This document shows, piece after piece, positions 8,618-19,160 of a stretch of DNA of 64,000 nt. A model generated the notes under the pieces. It was not told the origin of the DNA, made no database searches, and saw nothing but the letters and a program-made list of their open reading frames with translations. Location: IMG/VR virus record IMGVR_UViG_3300041402_000811. One strand, written 5' to 3'. Within the stretch, counting starts at the first letter, position 1. Each line of letters starts with the position of its first letter. The DNA is from an uncultured virus (IMG/VR IMGVR_UViG_3300041402_000811). Lineage: Duplodnaviria; Heunggongvirae; Uroviricota; Caudoviricetes. A program made the position numbers and the translations under genes.

Positions 8618-10057
8618 TTGCTTAACTTTGAGAAAGTAGCACCTAAACAATGGACATTATCATATGAAGATGAGATAATTCCATTAAAACTTGTAGCATC
8701 TACAGTGACAAACAAATATGAGATTGTCACAAATTTTATTTCAAGAGTTGATCAGTTTCATGGGGAAGAGTTTAGTAATTGGTTTATTACCTTGATAAAG
8801 GATTGTCAGGATGTTGACAAGAGAGCTGAAATATTTGTGAATAATATTCATAAGCTCAAAGTATATGTGGATGAATATATGGAATCAACCAATGTAGACT
8901 ACACTAAATTTGTAGATCTAACAAAAGTAAAGAAAAACTCTATATTATTCAGTCCAGATGAGATTAAAAATATATTAAGATTATCTTGTTACTTAAAACT
9001 TTATTCTGTTATTTCAAATAATGAAGAGATGGCATTTGGCAAAACCCTCCATAAACAAATCTATAATAAACTTGCTGATAATGTTATCGAGACAGATATA
9101 GCATCAAAATTATTTGATGTTATAAAAACAAAAACATTTAGATATAATTTATCAGATAAGTATATGTGGGATTATATTAAGAAAATTCAATGTAAAGATA
9201 TTGGTTCCCATATAATCGAGATCTTCAATTTCATAATGAATTATATTATGGTTTTATGTGAAGACGATAAAAATCCAATTACTTATTTTGTTGGAGTAAT
9301 AGATCAAAGTGTAAAATGGATTCTTCGATCTGTCTATAAAGGAACTATTGTTTATGATGATAGTATATCAACTGAAGATATCCATGGTATCAATATAAAT
9401 AACTTATTAACTTATTCTTTCAACGATACTCTTGGTAGAATAAAGGCAATAGCATATGAAAAAATACATAATCAGTTAGAAAAATCTTCTTCCCTTACAA
9501 TGGATGAGGAGGTATCAGACAAGGATTTAGTTGATTTTAATAATCGTATTGAACAAATTGAATATATTTCTCCTCTTTGTACATCAATGGTGTTTCCTTT
9601 ATTATCAAGGATGACTAATATTTCATACGTTCATTTTAAAACTATTTCACCAGATCATGCAAGCATCTTATCATATTACTTACATAGTCTTTTACAAAAA
9701 GCATTTAAAGGAGAATATAGAAATGTATTTCTATTATTACAATATTATCCTTTAAGTCAACCCTCAATTAATACCACGTATAAGATAAAATCAATTCATG
9801 AATATATTAATGTTCAAGATTCTGTTCAAAACTTCTTTGGTTTTAATACCAAAATATTACCCCATAAAATTCTTTGTCATTTTATTGGCAGAGTATCTAG
9901 AATAAATTTTTGTCATATTCTTACAGGACAGAAATTGTCTGGTATCCCTCTTAGTAAAGTTGAATCAGATATGATTAAGTTTTATACTAATCTATTTTCT
10001 GGTCAACTAGATGGAAGGATACAACAATTGGTCCGTTTGATGAATCAAGACCTTTAA
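8618..10057 (+). CDS. hypothetical protein, apparently monocistronic
   Basis: 479-aa ORF with TTG start and AGGAGG RBS; own promoter motif and downstream terminator. Confidence 0.65.
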   Translation: MLNFEKVAPKQWTLSYEDEIIPLKLVASTVTNKYEIVTNFISRVDQFHGEEFSNWFITLIKDCQDVDKRAEIFVNNIHKLKVYVDEYMESTNVDYTKFVDLTKVKKNSILFSPDEIKNILRLSCYLKLYSVISNNEEMAFGKTLHKQIYNKLADNVIETDIASKLFDVIKTKTFRYNLSDKYMWDYIKKIQCKDIGSHIIEIFNFIMNYIMVLCEDDKNPITYFVGVIDQSVKWILRSVYKGTIVYDDSISTEDIHGININNLLTYSFNDTLGRIKAIAYEKIHNQLEKSSSLTMDEEVSDKDLVDFNNRIEQIEYISPLCTSMVFPLLSRMTNISYVHFKTISPDHASILSYYLHSLLQKAFKGEYRNVFLLLQYYPLSQPSINTTYKIKSIHEYINVQDSVQNFFGFNTKILPHKILCHFIGRVSRINFCHILTGQKLSGIPLSKVESDMIKFYTNLFSGQLDGRIQQLVRLMNQDL

Positions 10058-10145
10058 ATTAAAAAATAAATTTATTCATTTAAATATTATAGATAAATAC
10101 AAGGAGTCATTATGACTACCACACAATTACTTAAAAAGTCATCGA

Positions 10146-10184
10146 GAGTGGGGAATTTTTAAATCCCCACTCCAACTTTTTTTT
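10146..10184 (+). terminator. rho-independent terminator
   Basis: gagtgggga/tccccactc stem followed by a T-run. Confidence 0.75.
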
Positions 10185-10244
10185 CATCAGTTTTTTAGAA
10201 CAAATGACAAATAAGGTGATATCCGATTATCTGGAGGAAATAAA

Positions 10245-10694
10245 ATGTCAACAAAAACAATTCAAGAACGATTTCAAACATTAAATGAATTAATAAGAAC
10301 AGTAGCAACAAATCTCGAACCACATGATACAATCAAAGCTCTTCAACAAAAACAATTGAGAGATAGATTAAGAGGAAAATATCCAAAGTGTTTTCTTTCT
10401 ATTAAAGCAATGGGTGGACAAGATCCGGATTTTTTTCCAGTCTGTAATACAGCAGGAATGATAGATGTTAGAGCAATAGAGATATCTCTAAAAGCAGTTT
10501 CAAGATTGATGAACGATACCAGTGGAGCATATGATACTAATGATCTATCCATGATGTTAGCAAAACTTCAAAGGATGAAAGATGTCTATTCTAAGACTAT
10601 TCCAAAACCACCCAATCAAGCAGGAAGAAAAGCAGTAGTCACCAGAATGATGAATAATGTTAAAGATCATTTAAAAGTAACTAGGACTGACTAA
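10245..10694 (+). CDS. hypothetical protein preceding RNAP beta'
   Basis: 149-aa ORF with GGAGG RBS, coupled to the rpoC-like gene. Confidence 0.65.
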   Translation: MSTKTIQERFQTLNELIRTVATNLEPHDTIKALQQKQLRDRLRGKYPKCFLSIKAMGGQDPDFFPVCNTAGMIDVRAIEISLKAVSRLMNDTSGAYDTNDLSMMLAKLQRMKDVYSKTIPKPPNQAGRKAVVTRMMNNVKDHLKVTRTD

Positions 10695-13600
10695 TGAAAA
10701 TAAAATTTCTTGATGTTGATAGATTTGTGAGAGGATTAGATCCTGTTACAACTGCTGAATTTAGAACTAGATCTGGAGAGTTTCATCCAGATGGTTTATT
10801 TAGTGAAAAAATATTTGGTGTTGAAAATTCTAGGGATCGAACCCAGACCTACTCATATATAAATCTTAGTACTACAGTTATACATCCTGCTGCATTTATT
10901 ATCTTTAAAAGAATTGATAAAAAACTAATTAATTTTTTTTCAACTGAAAAACTTTTTACAATTCAAGATAATGGATTATATTTTGAAACTGAAAAAGGGG
11001 TAACAGGAATCAAGGAATTTATTAAAGCATTTCCAAAGTTAGAATTTAAAGCTGGAACACCTGCAAGAGAAGGATTAATTGAAGTTTTGAAAGAGAATTA
11101 TAAGAATGGTACATTATTCATTGATAAAATTCCGGTTATACCTCCTGAACTTAGACCAGCATATATGGATGAAAAGGGTCAATGGATTATTGATGAGCTC
11201 AATCCCGTTTATATTGGTCTTTTAAGAAGAGCAACTCAAATAAAAGGTATTGGTAAATCAGGTGCATTGTTTGATCTGTTAAATTATAACTTACAATTAG
11301 CTGTTAATTCACATGATAAATATATTCGAACAAAGATCTCTAAAAAACATGGACTCATTAGAGATAAAATGATGGGAAAAAGAGTTGATTTTTCAGCAAG
11401 AGCTGTTATTATTCCTGGACCAAAACTAAAAATTAATGATGTGGGATTACCTTTAAGAATAGGAATTCTTTTATTTCAACCTTTTATTATACACCATATG
11501 CTTTATTCTCAAAGATATCCAAGATATGCTGAATTAGAAAGTGAAATTAAAAATTATACTGATTCTGAATTATCAGTCGATACAATAAAAAGAGTAATGA
11601 AAGGAATCAAGGATGATGATAAAATTCCTGTGTCCTTATATGAGCTATTTTTTGAAGTATGTGAAATCGTGATGAAAGATAGGGTTGTTATATTAAAACG
11701 CGACCCTGCACTACATGACGGTTCATATAGAGCATTTAACCCTATATTAACAAGAGGTAGTGAAATAGAATTATCAACAATGCAAGTTGCTTCTTTTAAT
11801 GCAGATTTTGATGGAGATCAAATGGCAGTTTATCATCCTCTTTCAGATCAAGCTCAACAAGAAGCTAAAGAAAAAATGATGAGAGGAGTTGGAAGTAAAA
11901 GTTCAAATTCTATTATGTATGAGATTTCAAAAGAAATGAGTTTGGGTATTTACTTAATGACCAAAGCAACTAAATTAAAAAGTTCTCCAATAGCAGTAAC
12001 AATGGATGATTTGAAAAAAGCAAATAATCCATACATCCCTGTTAGATTTAGAGGTCATAATACAACAATGGGAAGAGCTATTTTAAATTCTTCATTTCCT
12101 TCTGACTTTAAATGGATTGATGGACAAGTTACAAAAAGTGATGTTAATAAATTAATTCCTGAAGTTATTGATAAATATGGGGATGAAGCTTCAGCTAATA
12201 TTTTTACAAGTGTTAAGGATGCAGCATTTAAATTTGCAACGATTGGAGCATCTTCATTAACTTTAGATATATTAGATATACCTGATAATATATTAAGATT
12301 GAAAGAAAAACTTGTAGGGTCATCTCCAGAAGAAGCTGATAAATTATTGAAAGAGATGGAAGTATTATTAAAGAAACATTTAAAAGATACTGGTCTATAC
12401 GATTTGATTGAATCTGGTTCTGCAAAAGGTTGGAGTCAACCAATGCAGATTCTTGTTGCTAAAGGTATTATTGCTGATACAAGTGGTAAATTGCTCGAAC
12501 CTATTAAAGGATCATTTTCAGAAGGGTTAACAAATATAGAATATTTTAATGCAGCAGGTGGTGCTAGAAAAGGAATGGCAGATCGAGCTTTGAATACTGC
12601 TACAACTGGATATTTTACAAGACAACTTGTCTATGTATTATCTCCAGTAGAAGCACATCCTACACTAAAAGATTGTAAAACAAAACGAACTATTCAAATA
12701 AGATTAAATAATGATCTTATTAAAAGGATGTCAGGTCGATATATTATTAAAAGTGGTAAAATAGTTTTATTTAAAAAATCAGATTATAAACCAGGGGATG
12801 TTGTTAACTTAAGAACATCTATTTATTGTGAGTCTTATAAATTATGTCATACCTGTTATGGGGATTTATTGAAACGTCATAAATCTCCTTATGTTGGAGT
12901 TCTAGCAGGAGCATCAATTGGAGAACGTGGAACTCAATTAATTATGAGAACATTTCATACTGGTGGTGCTGCTAGTATAGTTATTCGTGATGTTTTAGCA
13001 GATATTATTGATAATGATCCAATGATTGAAGTAGGTAAAACAAAGTTAGGCGAATATTTACAACAGGAAGATGATAAATTAATAGCTAAAAAAGAATGTA
13101 ATATAAAAATTGATCTGTCAACATATGAAGTAGAAAAATCTTATTTAATTGAAGAAGATAATGTTTGGTTTAATCACCTTGTTTCGCAAGTAGAATTTAA
13201 TGATATAATTTTTAATATGGCACTTGATTATCCAGTTCATTTATTAAAACAGAATTTTAAAAAGGTAGGAAAAGAATCACTAATATTTAAGTATTCAATT
13301 GGAGATACGATATTAGAAATTCCTTTACAAACAACAGAGATTAAAGAGCAGGTGAATTATGTTAATAGATTAATTGGAGGTCGAGTAGTTTATAAGGATC
13401 CTTCTCATTTGTTAACAAAAGTTATGAAAGTGTATGGCGGAAGTATATCTGATTTAGACTTATGCTATTTTGAAGTCCTATGTTCACAAGTTTTAAGAGA
13501 TAGAAAGAATCAAGTATTACCTGCAAGACTTGGAAAGACTTGGGATCCTGTAATGATGAACATTAAAAGCACAGTTTTTAGTACAAGTTTTATTCAGAGT

Positions 13601-13711
13601 TTAGCATTTGAAAACATCAATAAAGCTATTGAAACTGGATTGATTTCTAAACAAGATGTGCCTGCAACAATATTAGAGAAATTAGTGACAGGAGAGGATT
13701 TAAGGAAATAA
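10694..13711 (+). CDS. rpoC: DNA-directed RNA polymerase beta'-like subunit (set 1)
   Basis: GLFSEKIFG, PVIPPELRP, GKRVDFSARAVI, catalytic NADFDGDQM, TATTGYFTRQL, SIGERGTQLIMRTFHTGG. Confidence 0.95.
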   Translation: MKIKFLDVDRFVRGLDPVTTAEFRTRSGEFHPDGLFSEKIFGVENSRDRTQTYSYINLSTTVIHPAAFIIFKRIDKKLINFFSTEKLFTIQDNGLYFETEKGVTGIKEFIKAFPKLEFKAGTPAREGLIEVLKENYKNGTLFIDKIPVIPPELRPAYMDEKGQWIIDELNPVYIGLLRRATQIKGIGKSGALFDLLNYNLQLAVNSHDKYIRTKISKKHGLIRDKMMGKRVDFSARAVIIPGPKLKINDVGLPLRIGILLFQPFIIHHMLYSQRYPRYAELESEIKNYTDSELSVDTIKRVMKGIKDDDKIPVSLYELFFEVCEIVMKDRVVILKRDPALHDGSYRAFNPILTRGSEIELSTMQVASFNADFDGDQMAVYHPLSDQAQQEAKEKMMRGVGSKSSNSIMYEISKEMSLGIYLMTKATKLKSSPIAVTMDDLKKANNPYIPVRFRGHNTTMGRAILNSSFPSDFKWIDGQVTKSDVNKLIPEVIDKYGDEASANIFTSVKDAAFKFATIGASSLTLDILDIPDNILRLKEKLVGSSPEEADKLLKEMEVLLKKHLKDTGLYDLIESGSAKGWSQPMQILVAKGIIADTSGKLLEPIKGSFSEGLTNIEYFNAAGGARKGMADRALNTATTGYFTRQLVYVLSPVEAHPTLKDCKTKRTIQIRLNNDLIKRMSGRYIIKSGKIVLFKKSDYKPGDVVNLRTSIYCESYKLCHTCYGDLLKRHKSPYVGVLAGASIGERGTQLIMRTFHTGGAASIVIRDVLADIIDNDPMIEVGKTKLGEYLQQEDDKLIAKKECNIKIDLSTYEVEKSYLIEEDNVWFNHLVSQVEFNDIIFNMALDYPVHLLKQNFKKVGKESLIFKYSIGDTILEIPLQTTEIKEQVNYVNRLIGGRVVYKDPSHLLTKVMKVYGGSISDLDLCYFEVLCSQVLRDRKNQVLPARLGKTWDPVMMNIKSTVFSTSFIQSLAFENINKAIETGLISKQDVPATILEKLVTGEDLRK

Positions 13712-13743
13712 CAGTCTGTGGAAGTATTTGGAGATAAACTCAT

Positions 13744-16700
13744 ATGATTAAATTTCAATCTTTAGTTCAATATTCAAGAGTAGTTGATGGAGTTCGTTTC
13801 TTTTCAGATAAGGATAGACCGTTCGTATTATTTTATTTCTCCGAGAATTCAACTCTATATGAAGATTATCCTAAAATGAATTTAAGAAGAATAGATGCAA
13901 GATATATAGTTGTTCCAATAACCCAGATACCTGTCTCTAGATTAACGGGCGATCAAAGAAAAGTTTATAAATCTTTTGGTTTACTTCCATTTCAATCAAA
14001 TCAAGTATATCCCTTAAATGCAAATATTATATTCGATACCAGTAAATATGTTTCCTTGATAGATAAGATGTATAAACCAACAACATATAGACAAAGAGCA
14101 GGTTTTCTTCTAAATAATTTTCTTTATAAATCATTTAATTCGTTTCCTGATAACTATGAAAAAGTTCTAATTTATACTGTTGATGTTAATAAACCAATCA
14201 ATTCGTTTATAAATCGAAAGATTTTTCCTATATTAAGAACTATGAAAGGAGATGAAATTTCATTTGATCATATGCTTATGGCATTGATTGGAGAGTCGTC
14301 AACTAGATATAGACTATTAGTTAAAGACAGAAACTATAAATTTGCAAGAGTTTCTCAATATATAAGAAAAGTTAAAATGATTAGTTCAGATGATGAGAAA
14401 GAACAAGAAGTTAAAACAGCAACGAACTCATTTGATGAGAAAGATTCTAAAGTTAAAACAGCAATTCAAAACTATTTAAATAAAAATGCTAAAGATCTTG
14501 AGAAAGTTTCTAATAATGAACTTGATAAAACAGAAAGAGATAGATTAACAATAGCTTCTATCTTATATAAATTAACAGGAGATTTTCAAAAGTCTCAAAG
14601 ACTTGCAAAAGCTATTCCTAAAAAAAGTATTAAAACTGCAACTGAAAAGATAAGTCGTTTATATAAAGATGACTTATTAACAGGTGAAAAAGCTGTTAGT
14701 CTTAGTGAATCATATATTGTTCAGGGAATAAATGTTTCCAGGGTAGTTCAAAATAAAACACCAGAGCATATATTTGACAAAAGAAGAATTGACTTTCAAA
14801 CAAATTTAAAAAAGGATATGTCAAATGCTTTTAAAGTTTTAGAAAAAGGAAACGTTCCTATTAAATTTAATTCATTTAAAATTACTCATAAAAAAGGAAG
14901 AGCTGGAGAACTTAAAAAATCAGATGTTTCAATTATAACTGTAAGTATAACAGATGCAGCAGGAAAGAATCAAACATTTGAGTTTGAAATTCCACAGATT
15001 GATCCTGACTCTGGAACATTTAGAGTTAATGGTCAGCGCAAATGTTTAATTAATCAAATAGTGTTGACTCCAATAAGTTTTCCTAAACCTTATGATTCCA
15101 AATTTGAGAGTTCATATGCAAGATTCCATATCTATAGTAAGAAGACAAAGAGATTGTCGTATCTAGAAGCATACATGGGTTCCTTCCGCCTACCCTTGAT
15201 GATACTGTTATCATATTGTTTTGGATTTGAAAAAACAGTTAAAAAATTAGGATTACAATATGAAATTGTAAAAGATAAACCTAATAAGGATGTAGTCTTT
15301 ACAGAAGTTCCTTCTTCATATATGGTATTTAAAAATTTAGATACTGATTTAAAAAAGGAAATGGTAACATCATTCACGCACGCTAAAATTAATCAATACA
15401 ACATTAAAAAAGATTTTTTATCAAAAGATTATTTTGTAGAGTTGATTATACAAATGACTGGACGTGTCGATTCAACATATCTGATAAATAATAATATTGA
15501 TTATATCGTTGATCCAGTTGCAAAACAAATTTTAGTTAATCAATTATTACCATATAAATTAGAAGATATTATGCATTATATGGCAACTAAATCTGTTGAT
15601 GGTTATGTTCAAGAAAGAAATGATATTAAATATCAAAGAATTAGAAATTCAGAAATTTTAGTTCATTTAGCACAAAAACAATTTCTTAGTTCTTATACTG
15701 AATATAAAGAACAGTTTTTATCAGGAAATAAAGATGCTAAATTTAATTTTCCTCCAGGAGTTATATTAAGTCAATTTACTAACTTAGAGATAGTTCAAAA
15801 TATGGAGTATGCAAATCCAGTTGAAGAGATGGCAACAATTACAAAGATTTCTCCAGTTGGAAAAACAGTTGGAGGTATTCCAGATAAGGAAGGATTAAAT
15901 CTTCAAGCTCGAAATGTTCATAGATCATATTTTGGAAATATTGATCCGGTGGATACAGCAGAAGGTGGTAACATTGGGGTAACCCAACAGTTGACAGTGG
16001 ACGCATATTTAACATCCTCCCGTGGATTGTTTGGAATTAAAGATTTAAAAAATGATGAAGGAGCTGGAATATTATCTACAACACTTTCAATGGTTCCATT
16101 TATTGAAAACAATGAAGGTGCAAGAATGATAATGGCAGGTAATCAAGGAAAACAAATGTTACCTTTAAAAAATCCAGAACCTCCTATAGTTCAAACAGGA
16201 TATGAGTCATTACTTTCAAATGTTTTGTCTAATAATTTTATCAAGAGATCACCTTGTGCTGGAAAAGTGACAAAAATTACTGGAGATTTTATTGAAATAG
16301 CTTGTAATAAAGGTTCTAAAAAGAAAGTTGTTATCACACCAGTTCAATTAAAATCAGGAGCTGGAAAAAATACATTGAGCACATTTAAACCATCTGTTGA
16401 GGTTGGACAATCAGTTAAAAATAAGCAAGTAATTGCAGAGGGAAGTTGTATTTCTGGCGGAACTATTTCATTAGGAAGAAATCTTGCTACTTGTTATATG
16501 CCTTATCAAGGATATAATTTTGAAGATGGTCTTGTAATAAATGAACGATTAGTATCTGATGATAAATTAACTTCTTTACATGGAATTGATGTTGAGGCAA
16601 CAGTTGATCGTAAAGATAGAATTTTACATATTATTGATATTGGAGCTAAAACTAAAAAGGGTGACCCTCTAATAAGAAAGACAGCAGGTGAAATTGAAGA

Positions 16701-17808
16701 ACTATTAGGATTTCAAGAAGAAGAGGAAGAAGGAGTTGATGTATATGAGGGTCAAATAATTACAAAAAGTCCAGGTGGTCATGTTGTTGATATTGACGTA
16801 TTTTCTAATATTGATATAGATTCTTTTCCTTCCATTAAAAAGTTAGTTGAAAGAACTAATAAAAAATATAAAAAACCTACTAAAGAAAAATTTACAACTA
16901 GAGGGGTTTCAATTAAAGGGATATTAATTATATTTAGAATTGAACAAGAGTTAAAAATTGGAGTGGGAGATAAACTCTGTAACCGATATGGAAATAAAGG
17001 TATTATATCTTTAGTTCAAAAAGATGAATTAATGCCAAGAACACCTTGGGGTGAAACAGTTGATATTATTATGAATCCTCTTGGAGTTACTGGTCGAATG
17101 AATATAGGTCAAATATATGAATTGTATTGTGGTCTTATCTCTAAAGAAGTAGCAAATAGAATGGTTAAATTGAGCAAAGCTCAAGGCATTGCATTGATGA
17201 AAGCTGTAATAACAAGACTTGATAATACAAAAAATAAAAAAATTAGTACATCATTGATTGCTACAATGACTGCAATGAGCGATGTAAAATATAAAAAGAT
17301 GTTAGAGCAAATTCAAAAAGATAAGTTTATACCAATAGTTATTCCTCCATTTCAATCTCCTAAACATAAAAGTATTTTAGAAGTATTAAAATTATTAAAA
17401 TTAAAAACAGGATATAAATTAAAACTTCCAGAGTATAATACAAAAACTCAAAATGCGGTTCCATTTGGATATGAATATGTTTCTAAATTAGAACATATTT
17501 CAGATGCTAAATTACATGCTAGATCAACTGGTCCAACAACTGGAAAAGTTGGTCAACCAACTGCTGGTAAAAGAAAAGAGGGTGGGCAAAGAATAGGAGA
17601 AGGAGATACATGGGCATTAACAAGTTATAATTGTCCTACAATATTATCTGAACTCTTTGGACCTATGTCTGATGACTTTGTATCTAAAAATGAAATGATG
17701 TCAGAAATTATACAAAATGGAAGAACAGATTTTAAAGAAACAAAAATGTCTCCAACTAGAGATTTATTAAAAGCATATTTTATTTCTTTAATGCTAGGAG
17801 GTCAATAA
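13744..17808 (+). CDS. rpoB: DNA-directed RNA polymerase beta-like subunit (set 1) with long N-terminal extension
   Basis: GTFRVNG, GYNFEDG, GDKLCNRYGNKG, NPLGVTGRMNIGQ, KLEH, GGQRIGE. Confidence 0.95.
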   Translation: MIKFQSLVQYSRVVDGVRFFSDKDRPFVLFYFSENSTLYEDYPKMNLRRIDARYIVVPITQIPVSRLTGDQRKVYKSFGLLPFQSNQVYPLNANIIFDTSKYVSLIDKMYKPTTYRQRAGFLLNNFLYKSFNSFPDNYEKVLIYTVDVNKPINSFINRKIFPILRTMKGDEISFDHMLMALIGESSTRYRLLVKDRNYKFARVSQYIRKVKMISSDDEKEQEVKTATNSFDEKDSKVKTAIQNYLNKNAKDLEKVSNNELDKTERDRLTIASILYKLTGDFQKSQRLAKAIPKKSIKTATEKISRLYKDDLLTGEKAVSLSESYIVQGINVSRVVQNKTPEHIFDKRRIDFQTNLKKDMSNAFKVLEKGNVPIKFNSFKITHKKGRAGELKKSDVSIITVSITDAAGKNQTFEFEIPQIDPDSGTFRVNGQRKCLINQIVLTPISFPKPYDSKFESSYARFHIYSKKTKRLSYLEAYMGSFRLPLMILLSYCFGFEKTVKKLGLQYEIVKDKPNKDVVFTEVPSSYMVFKNLDTDLKKEMVTSFTHAKINQYNIKKDFLSKDYFVELIIQMTGRVDSTYLINNNIDYIVDPVAKQILVNQLLPYKLEDIMHYMATKSVDGYVQERNDIKYQRIRNSEILVHLAQKQFLSSYTEYKEQFLSGNKDAKFNFPPGVILSQFTNLEIVQNMEYANPVEEMATITKISPVGKTVGGIPDKEGLNLQARNVHRSYFGNIDPVDTAEGGNIGVTQQLTVDAYLTSSRGLFGIKDLKNDEGAGILSTTLSMVPFIENNEGARMIMAGNQGKQMLPLKNPEPPIVQTGYESLLSNVLSNNFIKRSPCAGKVTKITGDFIEIACNKGSKKKVVITPVQLKSGAGKNTLSTFKPSVEVGQSVKNKQVIAEGSCISGGTISLGRNLATCYMPYQGYNFEDGLVINERLVSDDKLTSLHGIDVEATVDRKDRILHIIDIGAKTKKGDPLIRKTAGEIEELLGFQEEEEEGVDVYEGQIITKSPGGHVVDIDVFSNIDIDSFPSIKKLVERTNKKYKKPTKEKFTTRGVSIKGILIIFRIEQELKIGVGDKLCNRYGNKGIISLVQKDELMPRTPWGETVDIIMNPLGVTGRMNIGQIYELYCGLISKEVANRMVKLSKAQGIALMKAVITRLDNTKNKKISTSLIATMTAMSDVKYKKMLEQIQKDKFIPIVIPPFQSPKHKSILEVLKLLKLKTGYKLKLPEYNTKTQNAVPFGYEYVSKLEHISDAKLHARSTGPTTGKVGQPTAGKRKEGGQRIGEGDTWALTSYNCPTILSELFGPMSDDFVSKNEMMSEIIQNGRTDFKETKMSPTRDLLKAYFISLMLGGQ

Positions 17809-18404
17809 TGAGTGGGTTAGAAGCTTTATGCGGTGATTTAATCATTCCACCTGAAATGGATAACTATGAAGAAGATGTTGATAAATATCATGATCTCGCC
17901 AGTTTCAGGTATGCTGCTCTTGATATAATAAATGTAGTTGGAAAAATTGACTTTAAAGAACTATATATTGTTCAAATGGATACTATTAAAAAACAAACAA
18001 TGTATGTACAGAGAGTATTTCTTATTGAAATGCTACAAAAGATAAGTGAAATTTATGATTGGGAATTTCCTGATGAATGGAGTTTAGTTGATACTTCATA
18101 TCAACAAGAACAATTATATAAGTTTATAGAATTTATTGAATTTGATAATTATAGATTTTTATCCTACGTTTGGAGATTTTTATTAGATGATACTACTAAA
18201 CTTATAAGATTCGATATTGATAATTTTTGTAAAAAAAATGTTATGAAGATAATTAAAGAGACAGAAGAACAGTTAGAAACTCATTTTCAAAGCAAGATGA
18301 TTACTATTTTTCTTAGAACATATTACAAAGAGAAGTTCATTGAATGGTTTAGTTTAATGAGTAGGAGATATAAAGTAGAAATAATTTCTGAACTTTATGA
18401 ATAA
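17808..18404 (+). CDS. hypothetical protein
   Basis: 198-aa ORF coupled to the rpoB-like gene. Confidence 0.6.
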   Translation: MSGLEALCGDLIIPPEMDNYEEDVDKYHDLASFRYAALDIINVVGKIDFKELYIVQMDTIKKQTMYVQRVFLIEMLQKISEIYDWEFPDEWSLVDTSYQQEQLYKFIEFIEFDNYRFLSYVWRFLLDDTTKLIRFDIDNFCKKNVMKIIKETEEQLETHFQSKMITIFLRTYYKEKFIEWFSLMSRRYKVEIISELYE

Positions 18405-18416
18405 AAGGAGAAAAGA

Positions 18417-18674
18417 ATGGGAGAAGCAACAATTACAATTAAAAAGGGAGTGGTTGTCTTAAAAGCTCCAAAATCTGAATTAATCGAAGTATCTGAAACT
18501 CATGACGGTATAGCTTTTAACTTCAAACGTGGACTACAATTGTATCAAGTTGAACAATATATGCCATCACATATTAAACAACTTATTAAGAATACAACTG
18601 ATTCATTTGAAGGAAATAATATCATTATAGATTTAGATGATGCAAAGAAACCAATTATGGTTGACGCTACTTAA
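18417..18674 (+). CDS. hypothetical protein
   Basis: 85-aa ORF with AGGAG RBS. Confidence 0.6.
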   Translation: MGEATITIKKGVVVLKAPKSELIEVSETHDGIAFNFKRGLQLYQVEQYMPSHIKQLIKNTTDSFEGNNIIIDLDDAKKPIMVDAT

Positions 18675-18693
18675 TTCATTTTAAAAAATACAT

Positions 18694-18711
18694 CTATATA
18701 TATTAATAACT
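18694..18711 (+). promoter_or_regulatory. class A putative phage promoter driving the RNA array
   Basis: CTATATATATTAATAACT, preceded by TAATTCATTTT as at 7271. Confidence 0.6.
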
Positions 18712-18740
18712 GATAAAGAGAAAATTGTTTAGTTTTTAAG

Positions 18741-18847
18741 TTCTAAGAAGACTTTATGTGATTCCAGAGCTGTGTTGGTACAGCATCATACTATAAATGT
18801 GAAGTCAGGGTTCGAGTCCCTCATATTACATTTCTTACTTCTTAGAA
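18741..18847 (+). ncRNA. array unit 1: scaffold RNA with tRNA-like D/anticodon(ATA)/T insert
   Basis: ttctaagaag/cttcttagaa outer stem; atgtga/ttacat inner stem; gctgt-gttggt-acagc, tcata-ctataaa-tgtga, aggg-ttcgagt-ccct. Confidence 0.7.
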
Positions 18848-18860
18848 TTTTTATTTTTTA

Positions 18861-18966
18861 TCTGGAAAGACTTTATGTGATTTCCGAGCTGTGTTGGTAC
18901 AGCATCTTACTATTAATAAGAAGCAAGGGTTCAACTCCCTGTAACTTACATCTGCTACTTTCCAGA
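18861..18966 (+). ncRNA. array unit 2: scaffold RNA with tRNA-like D/anticodon(ATT)/T insert
   Basis: tctggaaag/ctttccaga outer stem; same D arm as unit 1; tctta-ctattaa-taaga; aggg-ttcaact-ccct. Confidence 0.7.
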
Positions 18967-18977
18967 CCTATCAAAAT

Positions 18978-19043
18978 TTTCTAAGAAGACTTTGTGTAAT
19001 TCCAGATCGATGCATCCAAATTACACCTATTACTTCTTAGAAA
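18978..19043 (+). ncRNA. array unit 3: scaffold RNA with short insert
   Basis: tttctaagaag/cttcttagaaa; gtgtaa/ttacac; conserved GACTTT..TTCCAGA. Confidence 0.65.
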
Positions 19044-19053
19044 CACAACTTTC

Positions 19054-19153
19054 AGATGAGAAGACTATATGTGGTTTCAGAATACAGAAGCAAGTGTTTA
19101 ATACACACTTAGTCCTTGTAATACCTTTGTCCTACATAAACTACTTCTCATCT
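19054..19153 (+). ncRNA. array unit 4: scaffold RNA with ~50-nt insert
   Basis: agatgagaag/cttctcatct; atgtgg/ctacat; TTTCAGA. Confidence 0.65.
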
Positions 19154-19160
19154 CATTTTT

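Noticed and set aside
10694..17808. Bacterial chromosomal rpoBC operon
   Set aside because: Reversed gene order, compact divergent subunits, no flanking ribosomal protein genes, and phage structural genes nearby
18767..18941. Bona fide tRNA-Tyr / tRNA-Asn genes
   Set aside because: No 7-bp acceptor stem or CCA end, and atypical A34 anticodons; treated as tRNA mimics
18772..18984. 70-aa + strand ORF over the RNA array
   Set aside because: No RBS, and it runs through covarying RNA stems and tRNA-like arms; better explained as non-coding
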